Shown: in pieces, positions 54,301-62,927 of the stretch
How positions within the stretch are numbered: the stretch's first letter is position 1
How the letters are laid out: every line of letters starts with the position of its first letter
DNA from: Candidatus Latescibacterota bacterium
GTDB taxonomy: Bacteria > Latescibacterota > UBA2968 > UBA8231
Length of the DNA stretch: 64,000 bases
Assembly: GCA_965248355.1 (NCBI GenBank)
Contig: OZ252098.1
Span: 128,001 to 192,000, forward strand
Direction: 5' to 3'
Position numbers and translations under genes: made by a program
Notes under the pieces: model-generated
The model's input: the letters and a program-made list of their open reading frames with translations, nothing else
Told to the model about the DNA's origin: nothing
The model's database searches: none

Positions 54301-55698
54301 CGCGGCGCCTGGGTGACTCCGGTGGAGGACAGCCTGGTGGTGACGGCCGCCGTCCCCCTCGCCGAGGGCCAACCCTCGTGGGAGGGCCTGTCCCTGGCGG
54401 CGCGTTCCGACGGCATCGATCTGCTGATCCTGCTCGACCAGGTACCCCTCGAGAGCCTGTCGGGCCGGGTCCGGCTCGATCTGAAAGCCGATTCTCTCCA
54501 TGCCCGGCCGAGGATCGCCGGCCAGGTGGAGGTCGAGGACCTGGGGTTCTCCCTGATCGACATCCGCCCGGGGTACCGCTTCCCCCGGGGCCGTCTCGTC
54601 CTGGAGCCGAAGGCCGGGGGCGGGACCCGGGGCGATCTGGTCGGCCTCCAGGGCGGCCCCACCCGGGGGCCCGGGCGCCTGCAGCTGCAGGGATGGATCG
54701 ACGTGGCCACCCTGGAGGATATCGACTACGAGCTGCGCCTGGGGGTGGACGACCTGACCAGCAGTTACAGCGATATCTTCGAGGCCCAGAAGGTCGATCT
54801 CGACCTGGCGCTGACGGGCGAGCCGCAGGGCTCCCTGCTGAAGGGAAGCATCGGGCTCCACCGGGCCGTGGCGGAGGTCCAGCTCGTGGACCTGACCGAC
54901 CCGGTGCCCCCGCCGCCGGCCGTGCGGAACCCGCTCCTCGGGGGGGTCGGGATGGACGTCTACGTCGACATCGTGGAACTGAAGTCGCGGTCCGAGCTCT
55001 CCGACATCGACGTGGATGGGCGGGTGCGGGTCTACGGGACGTTCTACAAGCCCCGGTTCCAGGGAGAGCTGGAGGTCACCGAAGGCACGGTGATCCTCCT
55101 CAGCCGTCCCTTCACCTTCACCCGGGGGCGCGTCGTCCTCGACCGCCTGGTGCCGACCCATTCGATCCTCGACCTGGTCTACGACCCCGTCCTCCTCGAT
55201 CCAGAGCTCGACCTGGAGGCGGTCACTCGCGTGCAGGTCGCCGGCGAGGACGAGGAGCGGGTGGTGACCCTGAATCTCCAGGGGACGGTGCTGGCCCCTG
55301 CTCCGGAGCTGACCTCTGACCGTCTCGCGCAACCGCAGATCATCGGGCTCCTCGCCTTCGGCACCATCAACCAGAACCAGTACAACTACTCGGGAGCCCT
55401 GTACACGGCGGCCGGGCAGTTGCTGCTCGGCCGGGTGCAGAAGGCCGGTCTCGACGAGTTCCTGCTGCTGCCCTCGGGGACCGCCCAGGGCACCATCGGG
55501 GAGACCACCATCCGCATCGGCAAGCGTCTGACCTGGCCCCTGCCCATGTGGGTCCGCTACGAGGCGATCACCAAGGACCCCTCCCTCGGCCAGTTCGAGG
55601 TCGAGTACGGCATCACTTCCTGGCTCCAGCTCGAGGCCACCGCCCACTCCCAGTACGAGCTCTACGGCATGGGTCTGGGGGTGAGCAAGGACTTCTGA
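51394..55698 (+). CDS. tamB: Translocation/assembly module TamB-like protein
   Basis: N-terminal TM; long amphipathic beta-repeat body; C-terminal L.L.G...P..G.L.V..G...F...G.V..DPELDLEA..L.G...PEL.S; directly upstream of an Omp85 gene. Confidence 0.8.
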   Translation: MAPRLLAVLGALAAAAVLLLATPAGVWLAARAAEWAAGSRGYSLLIGETGGALVASPRFGDLQVGISEGLEARVEELVLHPWDRRLSLRSPTVRWRPEAGAAGADTAGAPAPGAAPLLPLAGLPEIDISGGVLELKSGDGPSLELRGIEAHLGAAGPSEAGLDLSAESWSMVSGSISAEGRLRSRWRLGERQVQLDEARVDWAAAGVGEGTVRGRGRVDLGPGMDVDAHLTLEGRVGSLQVGRLEVSARGPASPARLQVRALGEGSEAALGEIGLVLAGLVDTSGIRADSLRLQVAGGTLLGRGGYRPGPASLGVEVELRDIDLGRLPMEGCAGIVNGLVTVDGTVADPRVSVALRSAGLEGVAPEPVDLTLGGSLEGGELRLTARSRRLGELTASGDLSPQTGRYDLQLSGDLDLGPWLGSALPASVRGRWRPETLDVRLQSERLPFGLGLPGPLVADATLRDFRHLDLTLSLGTGQLSARLGTDLSSPQLDTLSAAALGVDLSQLAAMVEGEASGSAAVDGLLGEDGRGGLQLQVDDLRLAGWSLGPTSLAADYVRGAIELSAEAPGVDMQARVDTAGQTRVQASLQDAVLRRVGASDSVRVRGRASAAGNLHDPLAGSLDVRIDEAAASVGGWPLALSPSVLEYADGRGLLHPSLLRTPLGEVRLWGEVDDGHLDLTAALDSVESTGLADLTARGRATLRLEGAPLAPDLALRADLEDLALHGRPIGALSAALDLRDSLRASLELRQDTSRAVQLDLRLESPATAVRGGPAGGGDSLRMRLRAEGLDASWLATHVLEDSTGLRVSAEADLSLPAGQVLEGFNWVDLAGSLRLSELTMDRERLRLRLPEPAAAHLARGEARIDGLELPVLLFRRDPGRFEKAGALSLEAGPGEGGEGVRLRLTDLDLEAVSMAIPGRPDLPAGRIDGSLELILLDAGASVGAQACADLEGLGYLEARLWSGAGRWTARGAWVTPVEDSLVVTAAVPLAEGQPSWEGLSLAARSDGIDLLILLDQVPLESLSGRVRLDLKADSLHARPRIAGQVEVEDLGFSLIDIRPGYRFPRGRLVLEPKAGGGTRGDLVGLQGGPTRGPGRLQLQGWIDVATLEDIDYELRLGVDDLTSSYSDIFEAQKVDLDLALTGEPQGSLLKGSIGLHRAVAEVQLVDLTDPVPPPPAVRNPLLGGVGMDVYVDIVELKSRSELSDIDVDGRVRVYGTFYKPRFQGELEVTEGTVILLSRPFTFTRGRVVLDRLVPTHSILDLVYDPVLLDPELDLEAVTRVQVAGEDEERVVTLNLQGTVLAPAPELTSDRLAQPQIIGLLAFGTINQNQYNYSGALYTAAGQLLLGRVQKAGLDEFLLLPSGTAQGTIGETTIRIGKRLTWPLPMWVRYEAITKDPSLGQFEVEYGITSWLQLEATAHSQYELYGMGLGVSKDF

Positions 55699-55699
55699 G

Positions 55700-57766
55700 G
55701 TGAGGCGCGGCGCCCTCCTTCTGTGTCTGGTCCTGTGGGGGCGGGCCGAGGCCCAGGGCTCCCTGCGGGCGGTACAGCTGCGCGATCTCGGCGAGCCGGT
55801 GGTGGAGCGCATCCACTTCGAGCATCTGCAGGTCAAGCCGATCACCAACCACGAGTTGCGGGCGGCGATGACGACGCGGGAAGGGGAACGCTTCCAGGCC
55901 CGGTTCTACCGCGCCGACCTGTCGGAGATCGAGAACCTCTACCGCAGCCGCGGGTTCATGGACGTGGACATCGTCCGGCGCCGGTACTACCTCGACGACA
56001 AGGGCCGCCTGCAGCTGCACCTGTGGATCGACAGCGGCCGGCAATGGCGGCTCTCCGCGGTCGATATCGAGGTGGCCCCGGGGAAGGCGGCGCTGCCCGA
56101 CCTGGAGTCGCGGGTGGGCCTGCGAGCCGGGGACGTGCTGCGCTACGGCGACGTGCTGCGCGACGAGCGCGCCCTGCTGGGGCTGCTCAACGCGGAGGGA
56201 TTCCCCCATGCCGCGGTGCGCAACCGGCTGGACTTCGACGCCCGGCGGCACCTGGGCTCGGTCACCTTCGAGGTGACTCCGGGGCCGAGGATGTACTTCG
56301 GCCCCATCCGCTTGACGGGGGAGGATCTCCAGACCCGCCGGTCGCTGATCGAAAGCAGAATCACCTTCCGCGAGGGAGCCCTCTACGACCCGGAGGCCGT
56401 GCGCGCATCGAGGAACAACCTGGCCCGCACCGGCCTGTTCCGCTCGGTGACCCTGGAGACGCCGGAGCAGGCCGCCGGGGACAGTGTGCAGCCCGTGGTC
56501 CTGCAGCTGCAGGAGCGCCCCTTCCGGCACCTGGGGGCCCGGGCCTTCATCAACAACAACGAGCCCGGCCTGTCGGCAAAGGTGCTGCACTCGAACTTCC
56601 TCGGCCGGGGCAACCCCATCGGCACGGAGGCCAATCTGGGCCGACCCCGGCAGGGCCTGACCCTGTTCCTGACGGAGAACGGCCTGCTGGGATCCGACCT
56701 CGATCTGACCTTTACGGCGGGGATGACCGACGACTGGGGCCGCACCCGTGTGGAAGCCGATCCCGGCGACTCGGTGCAGTTCGAGCTCCTGGCGGCCAAT
56801 CACTCCAACGTCAACGAGTTGAACCTGAGTCCGTTCGCCGGCCCGCTGGAGGCGGCCGCCTTCGTATCCCTTCTGGAGTACCGCTACCCCTCGGTGAAGC
56901 GGCTCTGGCAGGCGAAAGCGAGCCTGGCGCGCCGCCGCCATGCCGAAGGGGTGAGGGTCTACCAGGCGTCGTTGACCGCGGACTGGACGCGCTTTCGCGT
57001 TCAGCCCCTCGCCGGAAGGCGGATCGACCTGGACGTGGGCGAGGTGGAGGAGGTCGAGGACGACGGCTTCGACGATGGCTTGGGCGACGATCCCTTCGGC
57101 GACTTCTCCGGGCGCCGCGCCCAGGGCGGGAGCGCCTTCCCCTACGACGACGGCTGGATCCCCATCGACGCCACGTGGCAGCGGCTGCTGACGGACCGCG
57201 CCAACACCCTGAACTTCGGGATCGACCTGCTGCGCGACACCCGCGACAACCAGATCGCACCGACGCGGGGCGACTTCGTGCGCCTGGCGGGCCTCTTCGC
57301 CTGGGAGTTCAGCAGGGACAGGACCCGGGTCCTGGCGGGCGAGGTCGAGGCCCGCAACTACCTGCGCATCCGTCCCTGGCTGGTGTGGGCCCACGCGCTG
57401 CGGGGGCGGGTGACCGGATCCCTGCGCCGCGACCGGGAGTTGCCCCAGCCGTACTGGATCGAGTTCGGGGGCGAGGGCTCGGTGCGCGGCGTCAACCGGG
57501 GCACGATCGCGGCCGTGGGCGGCGGCCGGGCCGGGATCAACCTGCGCAACGAGCTGCGCCTGCACCGGGGACAGTTCGGGCTCGTCGCCTTCTGGGACCG
57601 CGCCGGCGTCTGGCGCCGTCCCCGGGAGGCCGGCTGGGCCGGCATGGTCGACGGCTACGGCGGGGGCCTGCGCTGGGACCCGGGCCTGCCCATGCGGCTG
57701 GACGTGGGCTGGGGGAAGCGGTTCTCCAAGCCGTCGCCGTACCTCTCGGTGGGACACGCCTTCTAG
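55700..57766 (+). CDS. Omp85 (TamA/BamA) family outer-membrane assembly protein with POTRA domains
   Basis: POTRA-like motifs (Y.SRGF, GF..A.V, L.RTGLF.SV); DTRDN...PTRG; GG..SVRG; terminal YLSVGHAF. Confidence 0.88.
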   Translation: MRRGALLLCLVLWGRAEAQGSLRAVQLRDLGEPVVERIHFEHLQVKPITNHELRAAMTTREGERFQARFYRADLSEIENLYRSRGFMDVDIVRRRYYLDDKGRLQLHLWIDSGRQWRLSAVDIEVAPGKAALPDLESRVGLRAGDVLRYGDVLRDERALLGLLNAEGFPHAAVRNRLDFDARRHLGSVTFEVTPGPRMYFGPIRLTGEDLQTRRSLIESRITFREGALYDPEAVRASRNNLARTGLFRSVTLETPEQAAGDSVQPVVLQLQERPFRHLGARAFINNNEPGLSAKVLHSNFLGRGNPIGTEANLGRPRQGLTLFLTENGLLGSDLDLTFTAGMTDDWGRTRVEADPGDSVQFELLAANHSNVNELNLSPFAGPLEAAAFVSLLEYRYPSVKRLWQAKASLARRRHAEGVRVYQASLTADWTRFRVQPLAGRRIDLDVGEVEEVEDDGFDDGLGDDPFGDFSGRRAQGGSAFPYDDGWIPIDATWQRLLTDRANTLNFGIDLLRDTRDNQIAPTRGDFVRLAGLFAWEFSRDRTRVLAGEVEARNYLRIRPWLVWAHALRGRVTGSLRRDRELPQPYWIEFGGEGSVRGVNRGTIAAVGGGRAGINLRNELRLHRGQFGLVAFWDRAGVWRRPREAGWAGMVDGYGGGLRWDPGLPMRLDVGWGKRFSKPSPYLSVGHAF

Positions 57767-57768
57767 CG

Positions 57769-58782
57769 ATGACGAGCCGGGGTCCGACGGATACTCACGA
57801 GACTGGCCAGGGAATCCTGGCCTGGTACCTGGGCGGTCTGGGCGTCAGGATGAGCGAGAACCACCTCTTCCTGTTCGCCGGCGGCCTGGCCTTCGCCACC
57901 CTCCTGAGCCTCGTCCCCCTGGTCTTCCTCATCTTCTTCGTCCTCGGCGCGGTCCTGGAGACGGCCTCCCTGGCCTGGCTGGTGAACCGCACGGTGGAGG
58001 TCTTCATCCCCTATGAAGAAGAGTCCGCCTTCCTGAAGGACGCCCTCTCTACCCGCATCCCGGACGTGGTCGAGTTCAAGAAGGCTTACGGGTTCTCGGG
58101 AATCTCGATCCTCATGCTGAGCGTCAGCGGCTTGTTCACCAGCATGAGGACCATCCTCGACACGGTCTTCCAGGCGTCCGGACACGAGCCGGGCGTGGTG
58201 GCCAGAGCGTTCCGCCAGTGGCCCGCCGCGTTGGACCGGCTGAGGGAGATGGGTACCTCGGAGAAACTCGTGGGCTTCCTTCGCGCCGCCCTGCCGGCCG
58301 CGGTGGGCAAGCTGAAGGATCTCGCCCTGGTGCTGGTGGTGCTGTCCACCTTCCTGCTCTCCGTCCTGTCCCTGCCCATCCTGGCCGCGGTCCTGGAGGC
58401 CGTCCTCACCCCCATCCATTCCCACCTGACCCATTTCTACGACCTCGCCTCCATGGCCCTGATCCTGGCCGTGTTCCTCGGCCTGTACTGGCTCGTTCCC
58501 GCCCGGAGGCCGCGGATGAAGGCGCTGGCCACCGGCGCTTTCTGGGCCGCCCTGTTGTGGAAGCTCGCCGAATGGCTCTTCGGCTACTACCTGGGACACT
58601 TCGCCTCCATCTGGTACCTCTACGGGGCCTACGTCCTGTCCGTGGTCCTGGCCCTGTGGCTCTACTTTGCGGCCATCGTCTTCATCGTGGGCGCCGAGAT
58701 CGCCCAGCTCTGCCACGAGAGGGGCCCGGCCGCTCCCCGGGCTGGGCCAGGGCCACCTCCTGGAGGGGCAGCACGGCCGTGA
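57769..58782 (+). CDS. YihY/virulence factor BrkB family membrane protein
   Basis: AGGLAF.TLLSLVPL, LY.LVP, GAFWAALLW, YGA...LWLY....F..GAE. Confidence 0.88.
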   Translation: MTSRGPTDTHETGQGILAWYLGGLGVRMSENHLFLFAGGLAFATLLSLVPLVFLIFFVLGAVLETASLAWLVNRTVEVFIPYEEESAFLKDALSTRIPDVVEFKKAYGFSGISILMLSVSGLFTSMRTILDTVFQASGHEPGVVARAFRQWPAALDRLREMGTSEKLVGFLRAALPAAVGKLKDLALVLVVLSTFLLSVLSLPILAAVLEAVLTPIHSHLTHFYDLASMALILAVFLGLYWLVPARRPRMKALATGAFWAALLWKLAEWLFGYYLGHFASIWYLYGAYVLSVVLALWLYFAAIVFIVGAEIAQLCHERGPAAPRAGPGPPPGGAARP

Positions 58783-59099
58783 GTTGCCCGCCGCCGTCGA
58801 CCACGCACAGGTCGTGGATGCGCCGTTGCGGAAAGGACCGGATGCGGTCCAGGGCCTCGCCGGCGGTCTCGTCGGCGCGGAAGACGGTCACCGCCGTGTC
58901 CATGAGCCGGCCCGCCGATCCGGCCGGGTAGCGCATCAGCTCCTCCATCTCGGCGGCCAGCTCCCGGGGCAGGGCGGCCAGGCGGGAGGGCCGGGCCTCG
59001 GGGTCCAGCCGGGCCAGGAGGGCGGCGCCGACGCCCGGGTCCACCAGAGCCGCCGGAAGAGGTCCTCCGGGCCTGGGAGGCCCCGGCGTTGTCGGTCAT
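58740..59099 (-). pseudogene. mgtE: Truncated, frameshifted MgtE-like (MgtE_N/CBS) fragment
   Basis: ATG 59099 coupled to the upstream stop (ATGA) is out of frame with LMRYPAGSAGRLM..TAGEALDRIR..LCVVD..L.AVL.L. The fragment has one CBS domain and no TM domain, and runs into the yihY 3' end. Confidence 0.7.
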
Positions 59100-61519
59100 G
59101 GGGTGTCCACCTCTTCTCTGTCGTTCCCGTGCTCCCTCAGAACCAGGGCCAGGGCTCCGGCCAGGCAGACCCCGGCGAGCAGGAGGAGCCCCTTCCGCAG
59201 GGGCGATAGCCGCGCCCGGATCGCGATGTCGTGCTCGCCGGCCTCCAGCGGTATGGCCATGAAGCGGCCGGCCGTCTCCATGGGCTCGACCGGACTCCCG
59301 TCGACGGTGACCTGGAGATACGGGAAGTAGCCGTAGGCCAGCCGCGCGTGGCACCTGGCGGAGACCGCCACCCGCATCTCCACCTGCTGGTGGTCGACCC
59401 GGTGGGCCAGGACCCGCGCCGTGGGCGTGGTCCCCAGATCGAGTTCGCCCTCGAGGCCCCGGATGAGGATGCGCTCGCAGGAAAGGCCGCGGCCCGGGTG
59501 CAGGCCGGTCCGGAGGATGATTCCCAGCACCTTGACCGCGGGCCCGTCCAGCTCCCCGCCGAAGCGCGCGTTGATGCCGTCGAGGTCGGCTCTCCCTTCG
59601 TCGTAGCCCGCCAGGCGTCCGGAGACGACGATGGGGCTGTTCTCCAGGGAAAAGGCGAAGCCGGATCCGCGTTGGTTCGAGGTGGCGATCACGTAGCGCG
59701 TGTCGAGGAGCTGGAAACCGGCCAGGAGCGCGTCGAGGCGGGCGGCCTCGAGCCCTTCGAGCGAGTCGATCCGCGGCAACAACCCCTGCGCCCAATCGGT
59801 GAAGGGCTTCGTGAAGGCGTTGAGGGTCCGCAGCTCCCCGGGGTGAAAGGCCTCCGCAATCGGCGTCTTCCCCATGTAGAGCATCCGGGCCCGCCGCTTG
59901 TACGCGTACACGCCTTCGCCGATCCAGTGGGCCCGGTAGTTGGGCAGCTCGCCCCGCTCCTGGAAGGGCGCCGCCGCCTCCGCGGCTTCGGCGAACGTCT
60001 CCGGCCGCCAACCCGTGGGCAGGTAGTTCCCACCGGGGTAGTAGGGCTGAAGGAAGGTGGTGGGAAAGAGATCGATACCGAGGGCCAGCAGCAGCAGCGT
60101 GCACCGGCGGCTCCGCCCGGGCCCGCCGGGAACCCGCTGCAGGAGCAGATGGGCGCCGATGCCCGCGGCCAGGGCCAGGAAGAAGGCCAGGAAGAGCAGG
60201 TAGCGGGAGGCGTTGAAGGCATGGATGAGCGGCAGGGTGCTGATGGGCGGCAGCCGGTAGCCGACGACGACCAGCAGGGTGAGGACCAGGCAGACCCAGC
60301 AGGCGGCGAAGCGGCCTTCCCGCCGCCGCAGCGCGGCCGCTCCCCCGGCCAGAGCCATGACGCACAGCGAGATCCCCAGGTACCCCCCGTGCCAGTGATA
60401 GGGCTCCGGGGGGATCAGCCAGAAGCGGAAGTTCGACCAGCCCAGCAGGTGCCGCCAGGTGGGGTCGGGGACGCTCGACAGGTCCATGGCGAAGTCGTGC
60501 AGGCCCGTGTACCCGCGCTCGAAGTACATCCCCACGTTCATGTAGGAACCGAAGACGGTCCCCAGGACGAAGAGCAGGACGCCGGCGCGCAGGACTGGCC
60601 CCGTATCCGGGCGGCCCCGGCAGGACCACAGGCGCACGAGGCCGTAGCAGCCCGCCAGGGCCATGGCGAAGGCTCCGTACCCGGGGTGGGTGAAACCGAG
60701 CAGGGCGAGGCTCACCCCGCCCAGCAGGGCCGCCCGCATCCGGCGCCGGGAATCGACGACCTGCTCGATCCAGTAGAACGCCCACGGCAGGAGCGCGTAG
60801 AACAGGGACAGGGGCAGGCGGCCCATGATGAGCACGTGCTGGGCATGCCAGAAGCAGAGGGCGTAGCCCAGCCCGGCGATGAACCCGGCGGGGCGCGAGC
60901 GGCACAGGGTGGACGCCAGGTGGTACATGCCGAGGCCCGAGACCAGGTGGCCGGCGGCCATGACCAGCTTCAAGGACAGGAAGATGTCGCCGAAGACCAG
61001 GTCGGCGAGCCCCACGAGGTAGAAGAAGGCGAAGCCGTAGGTCTGGAAGACGGGCGATCCGGTGCCGATGAAGAACGTCCAGACCGGCACCTGGCCGTCG
61101 GCGATGGCTTGGGCGGCCAGCCACGAGTGGGCGATGTGGTGGGAGGCGTCGGCGGACCAGCTCAGCTCGCCGCGGGACAGGTAGTAGCGGAGGCTGACCA
61201 GCAGGCAGCCGGCGAGCAGCCACAAGGTCCTGAGCGGGCTGTCGAAGCAGTCCTGCAGGAAGCCGGTGAGGGCCCGGTGGCGCGCCTCTCCATACAGGAG
61301 CAGGGCGGCGGCCAGGAGGAACAGGGCGGCGAGCAGGCCATCGAGAAGGCCGAAGGAGATCTCCTGCTCGACGGCGCGCAGGAAACCGGTGAGGCGGACA
61401 TGGCTGGAGCCCGGCGCGAAGACCGAGAACTTCACCACCGTCACGTGCTGGATGCAGACGGACAGGGCGCCCAGGAAGACCAGCAGCCAGACCGTGGGGA
61501 AGGGACGTCCGGCGCTCAC
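59096..61519 (-). CDS. Polytopic membrane protein, PTPS-related/YfhO-like (GT-C-fold glycosyltransferase-like)
   Basis: GGAGG RBS and GTG; many TMs; D..HH..W..G.P.W....G.P.F..Y; GYLG; C-terminal YFP..V.VDG....G.F....L.AGEH. Confidence 0.7.
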   Translation of the reverse strand: MSAGRPFPTVWLLVFLGALSVCIQHVTVVKFSVFAPGSSHVRLTGFLRAVEQEISFGLLDGLLAALFLLAAALLLYGEARHRALTGFLQDCFDSPLRTLWLLAGCLLVSLRYYLSRGELSWSADASHHIAHSWLAAQAIADGQVPVWTFFIGTGSPVFQTYGFAFFYLVGLADLVFGDIFLSLKLVMAAGHLVSGLGMYHLASTLCRSRPAGFIAGLGYALCFWHAQHVLIMGRLPLSLFYALLPWAFYWIEQVVDSRRRMRAALLGGVSLALLGFTHPGYGAFAMALAGCYGLVRLWSCRGRPDTGPVLRAGVLLFVLGTVFGSYMNVGMYFERGYTGLHDFAMDLSSVPDPTWRHLLGWSNFRFWLIPPEPYHWHGGYLGISLCVMALAGGAAALRRREGRFAACWVCLVLTLLVVVGYRLPPISTLPLIHAFNASRYLLFLAFFLALAAGIGAHLLLQRVPGGPGRSRRCTLLLLALGIDLFPTTFLQPYYPGGNYLPTGWRPETFAEAAEAAAPFQERGELPNYRAHWIGEGVYAYKRRARMLYMGKTPIAEAFHPGELRTLNAFTKPFTDWAQGLLPRIDSLEGLEAARLDALLAGFQLLDTRYVIATSNQRGSGFAFSLENSPIVVSGRLAGYDEGRADLDGINARFGGELDGPAVKVLGIILRTGLHPGRGLSCERILIRGLEGELDLGTTPTARVLAHRVDHQQVEMRVAVSARCHARLAYGYFPYLQVTVDGSPVEPMETAGRFMAIPLEAGEHDIAIRARLSPLRKGLLLLAGVCLAGALALVLREHGNDREEVDTP

Positions 61520-61538
61520 CGGCGATCCTCCATGCTTC

Positions 61539-62298
61539 CTAGGGTCGATCCGTACCCGCCGGGGAGGAACCGCGGCGCTCGGTCTCGAGGGCGCTCCTGA
61601 CCAGGGCCGTCAGACCGATGCGGTACAGCTCGCCGAGGGCCGTGTCCACCTGAGCGGGGCGGGCCCGGTCCGGCCCGCCGGCCTGCCGGCGAAGGGTCTT
61701 GTGGCGCAGGGCGCCGGCGAACAGCCCCTGTTCGTCGAGCACGGGCAGGACGTGGAAGTCCAGCCATCCGGGATGGACCCGCACCGAGGCCAGGGAATCG
61801 TCCATGCGCAGGCAGACCACGTCCCGGCGCATGAGGGCGGAGACCGGGGCCTGGGCCCGTCCGGCCATCAGCTCTCTCAGGCTGAGGACCCCGGCCAGGC
61901 TCTGGTCGCGTTCGACCACGAAGGTGTAGTGCAGGGCGTGCTCCGCCTGGGCGCGCACCCGGGCGAGGGCCTCGGCGGCGGTCACCTCGGGCGGCAGGGT
62001 GAGCACCCGGGGATCCATCAGCGCCCCGGCCGTATCCTCGCGGCAACTCAGCAGGAGGTCGAGGTCCTGGCCGGGGCCCGGGGGCAGCAGCGGCTGGATG
62101 GCCTGGCGCGCCTCCGGGAGCAGACGGCGCAGGAGCAGGGCGGCGCGTTCCAGGGGGACCCCTGCCAGGGCCTCGGCGGCCCGGCCCGCCTCCATGCGCT
62201 CCAGGCAGCTCGTCGAGCGAGCAGTTCTCCAGTACGCGGGCGGCCTCGCGGGGGTGGCCGCGGATGAAGCGGTCGATCAGGACCGGGACTTCCTCCAC
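61539..62298 (-). pseudogene. Frameshifted MgtE_N/CBS-domain protein
   Basis: GTG 62298 VEEVPVLIDRFIRGHPREAARVLE continues in another frame near 62205 as MEAGRAAEAL..EDTAGALMDP..two CBS domains. Confidence 0.68.
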
Positions 62299-62302
62299 CG
62301 GC

Positions 62303-62890
62303 TCACCTCCTCTCCCCCAGCAGGACCGAGGTCTCCTCGCCGAAGACCGAGGCCGGCACCGATACCCTGCCTTCCTCGGCCTCCAGCACCACCGTGGTGG
62401 CCGTGATCTCGACGATCTCGCCCTGGAACCCGCCGACGCGCACTCGGTGGCCCAGCTTGTACGTCTTCTGCAGGTAGTGGCAGGCCAGGATATTGGCCAC
62501 CGTCGTCCGCGCTCCGAGGGCAAAGGTCAGGACCCCGCCCAGCACCGCTTCCGAGGAACCCCGCCTGGTCCACGGCGACGAGCACACTCACCACGAAGAT
62601 CGCCATCTGACCCAGTCGGGCCAGGGCGGTCCCGTACGCGACCCCGCGGAGGCGGCCGCCGAGAGGACGAGGTCCCTGAGGAAGTGGCCGCCCAGCACAC
62701 CCGCGAACAGGATGAGGACGGCGGCGAGAAACCGGGGCAGGTAGGTGACGAGACCGCTGAGCCAGAACAGCAGGACCATCCAGAAGAGGACCCGGCCGGC
62801 CCCGTGCCGAAAATCGGCTCCCCGTCCGAGGCGGGGCCCCAGGCCTGGGGCGAGGCGGTCCAGCTCGCCCATCAGCTGCTCGTATGACAT
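62303..62890 (-). pseudogene. Degraded small-conductance mechanosensitive channel (MscS/CmpX-like)
   Basis: Homology split over three frames: YLPRFLAAVLILFAG, VSVLVAVDQAG, FALGARTTVANILA.HY...GHRVRVGGFQGEIVEI..T.V......PAS.F. Confidence 0.7.
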
Positions 62891-62927
62891 GGGGTCTCTC
62901 TCCCGCCGGGTGGCGGCGGTGTCGAAT

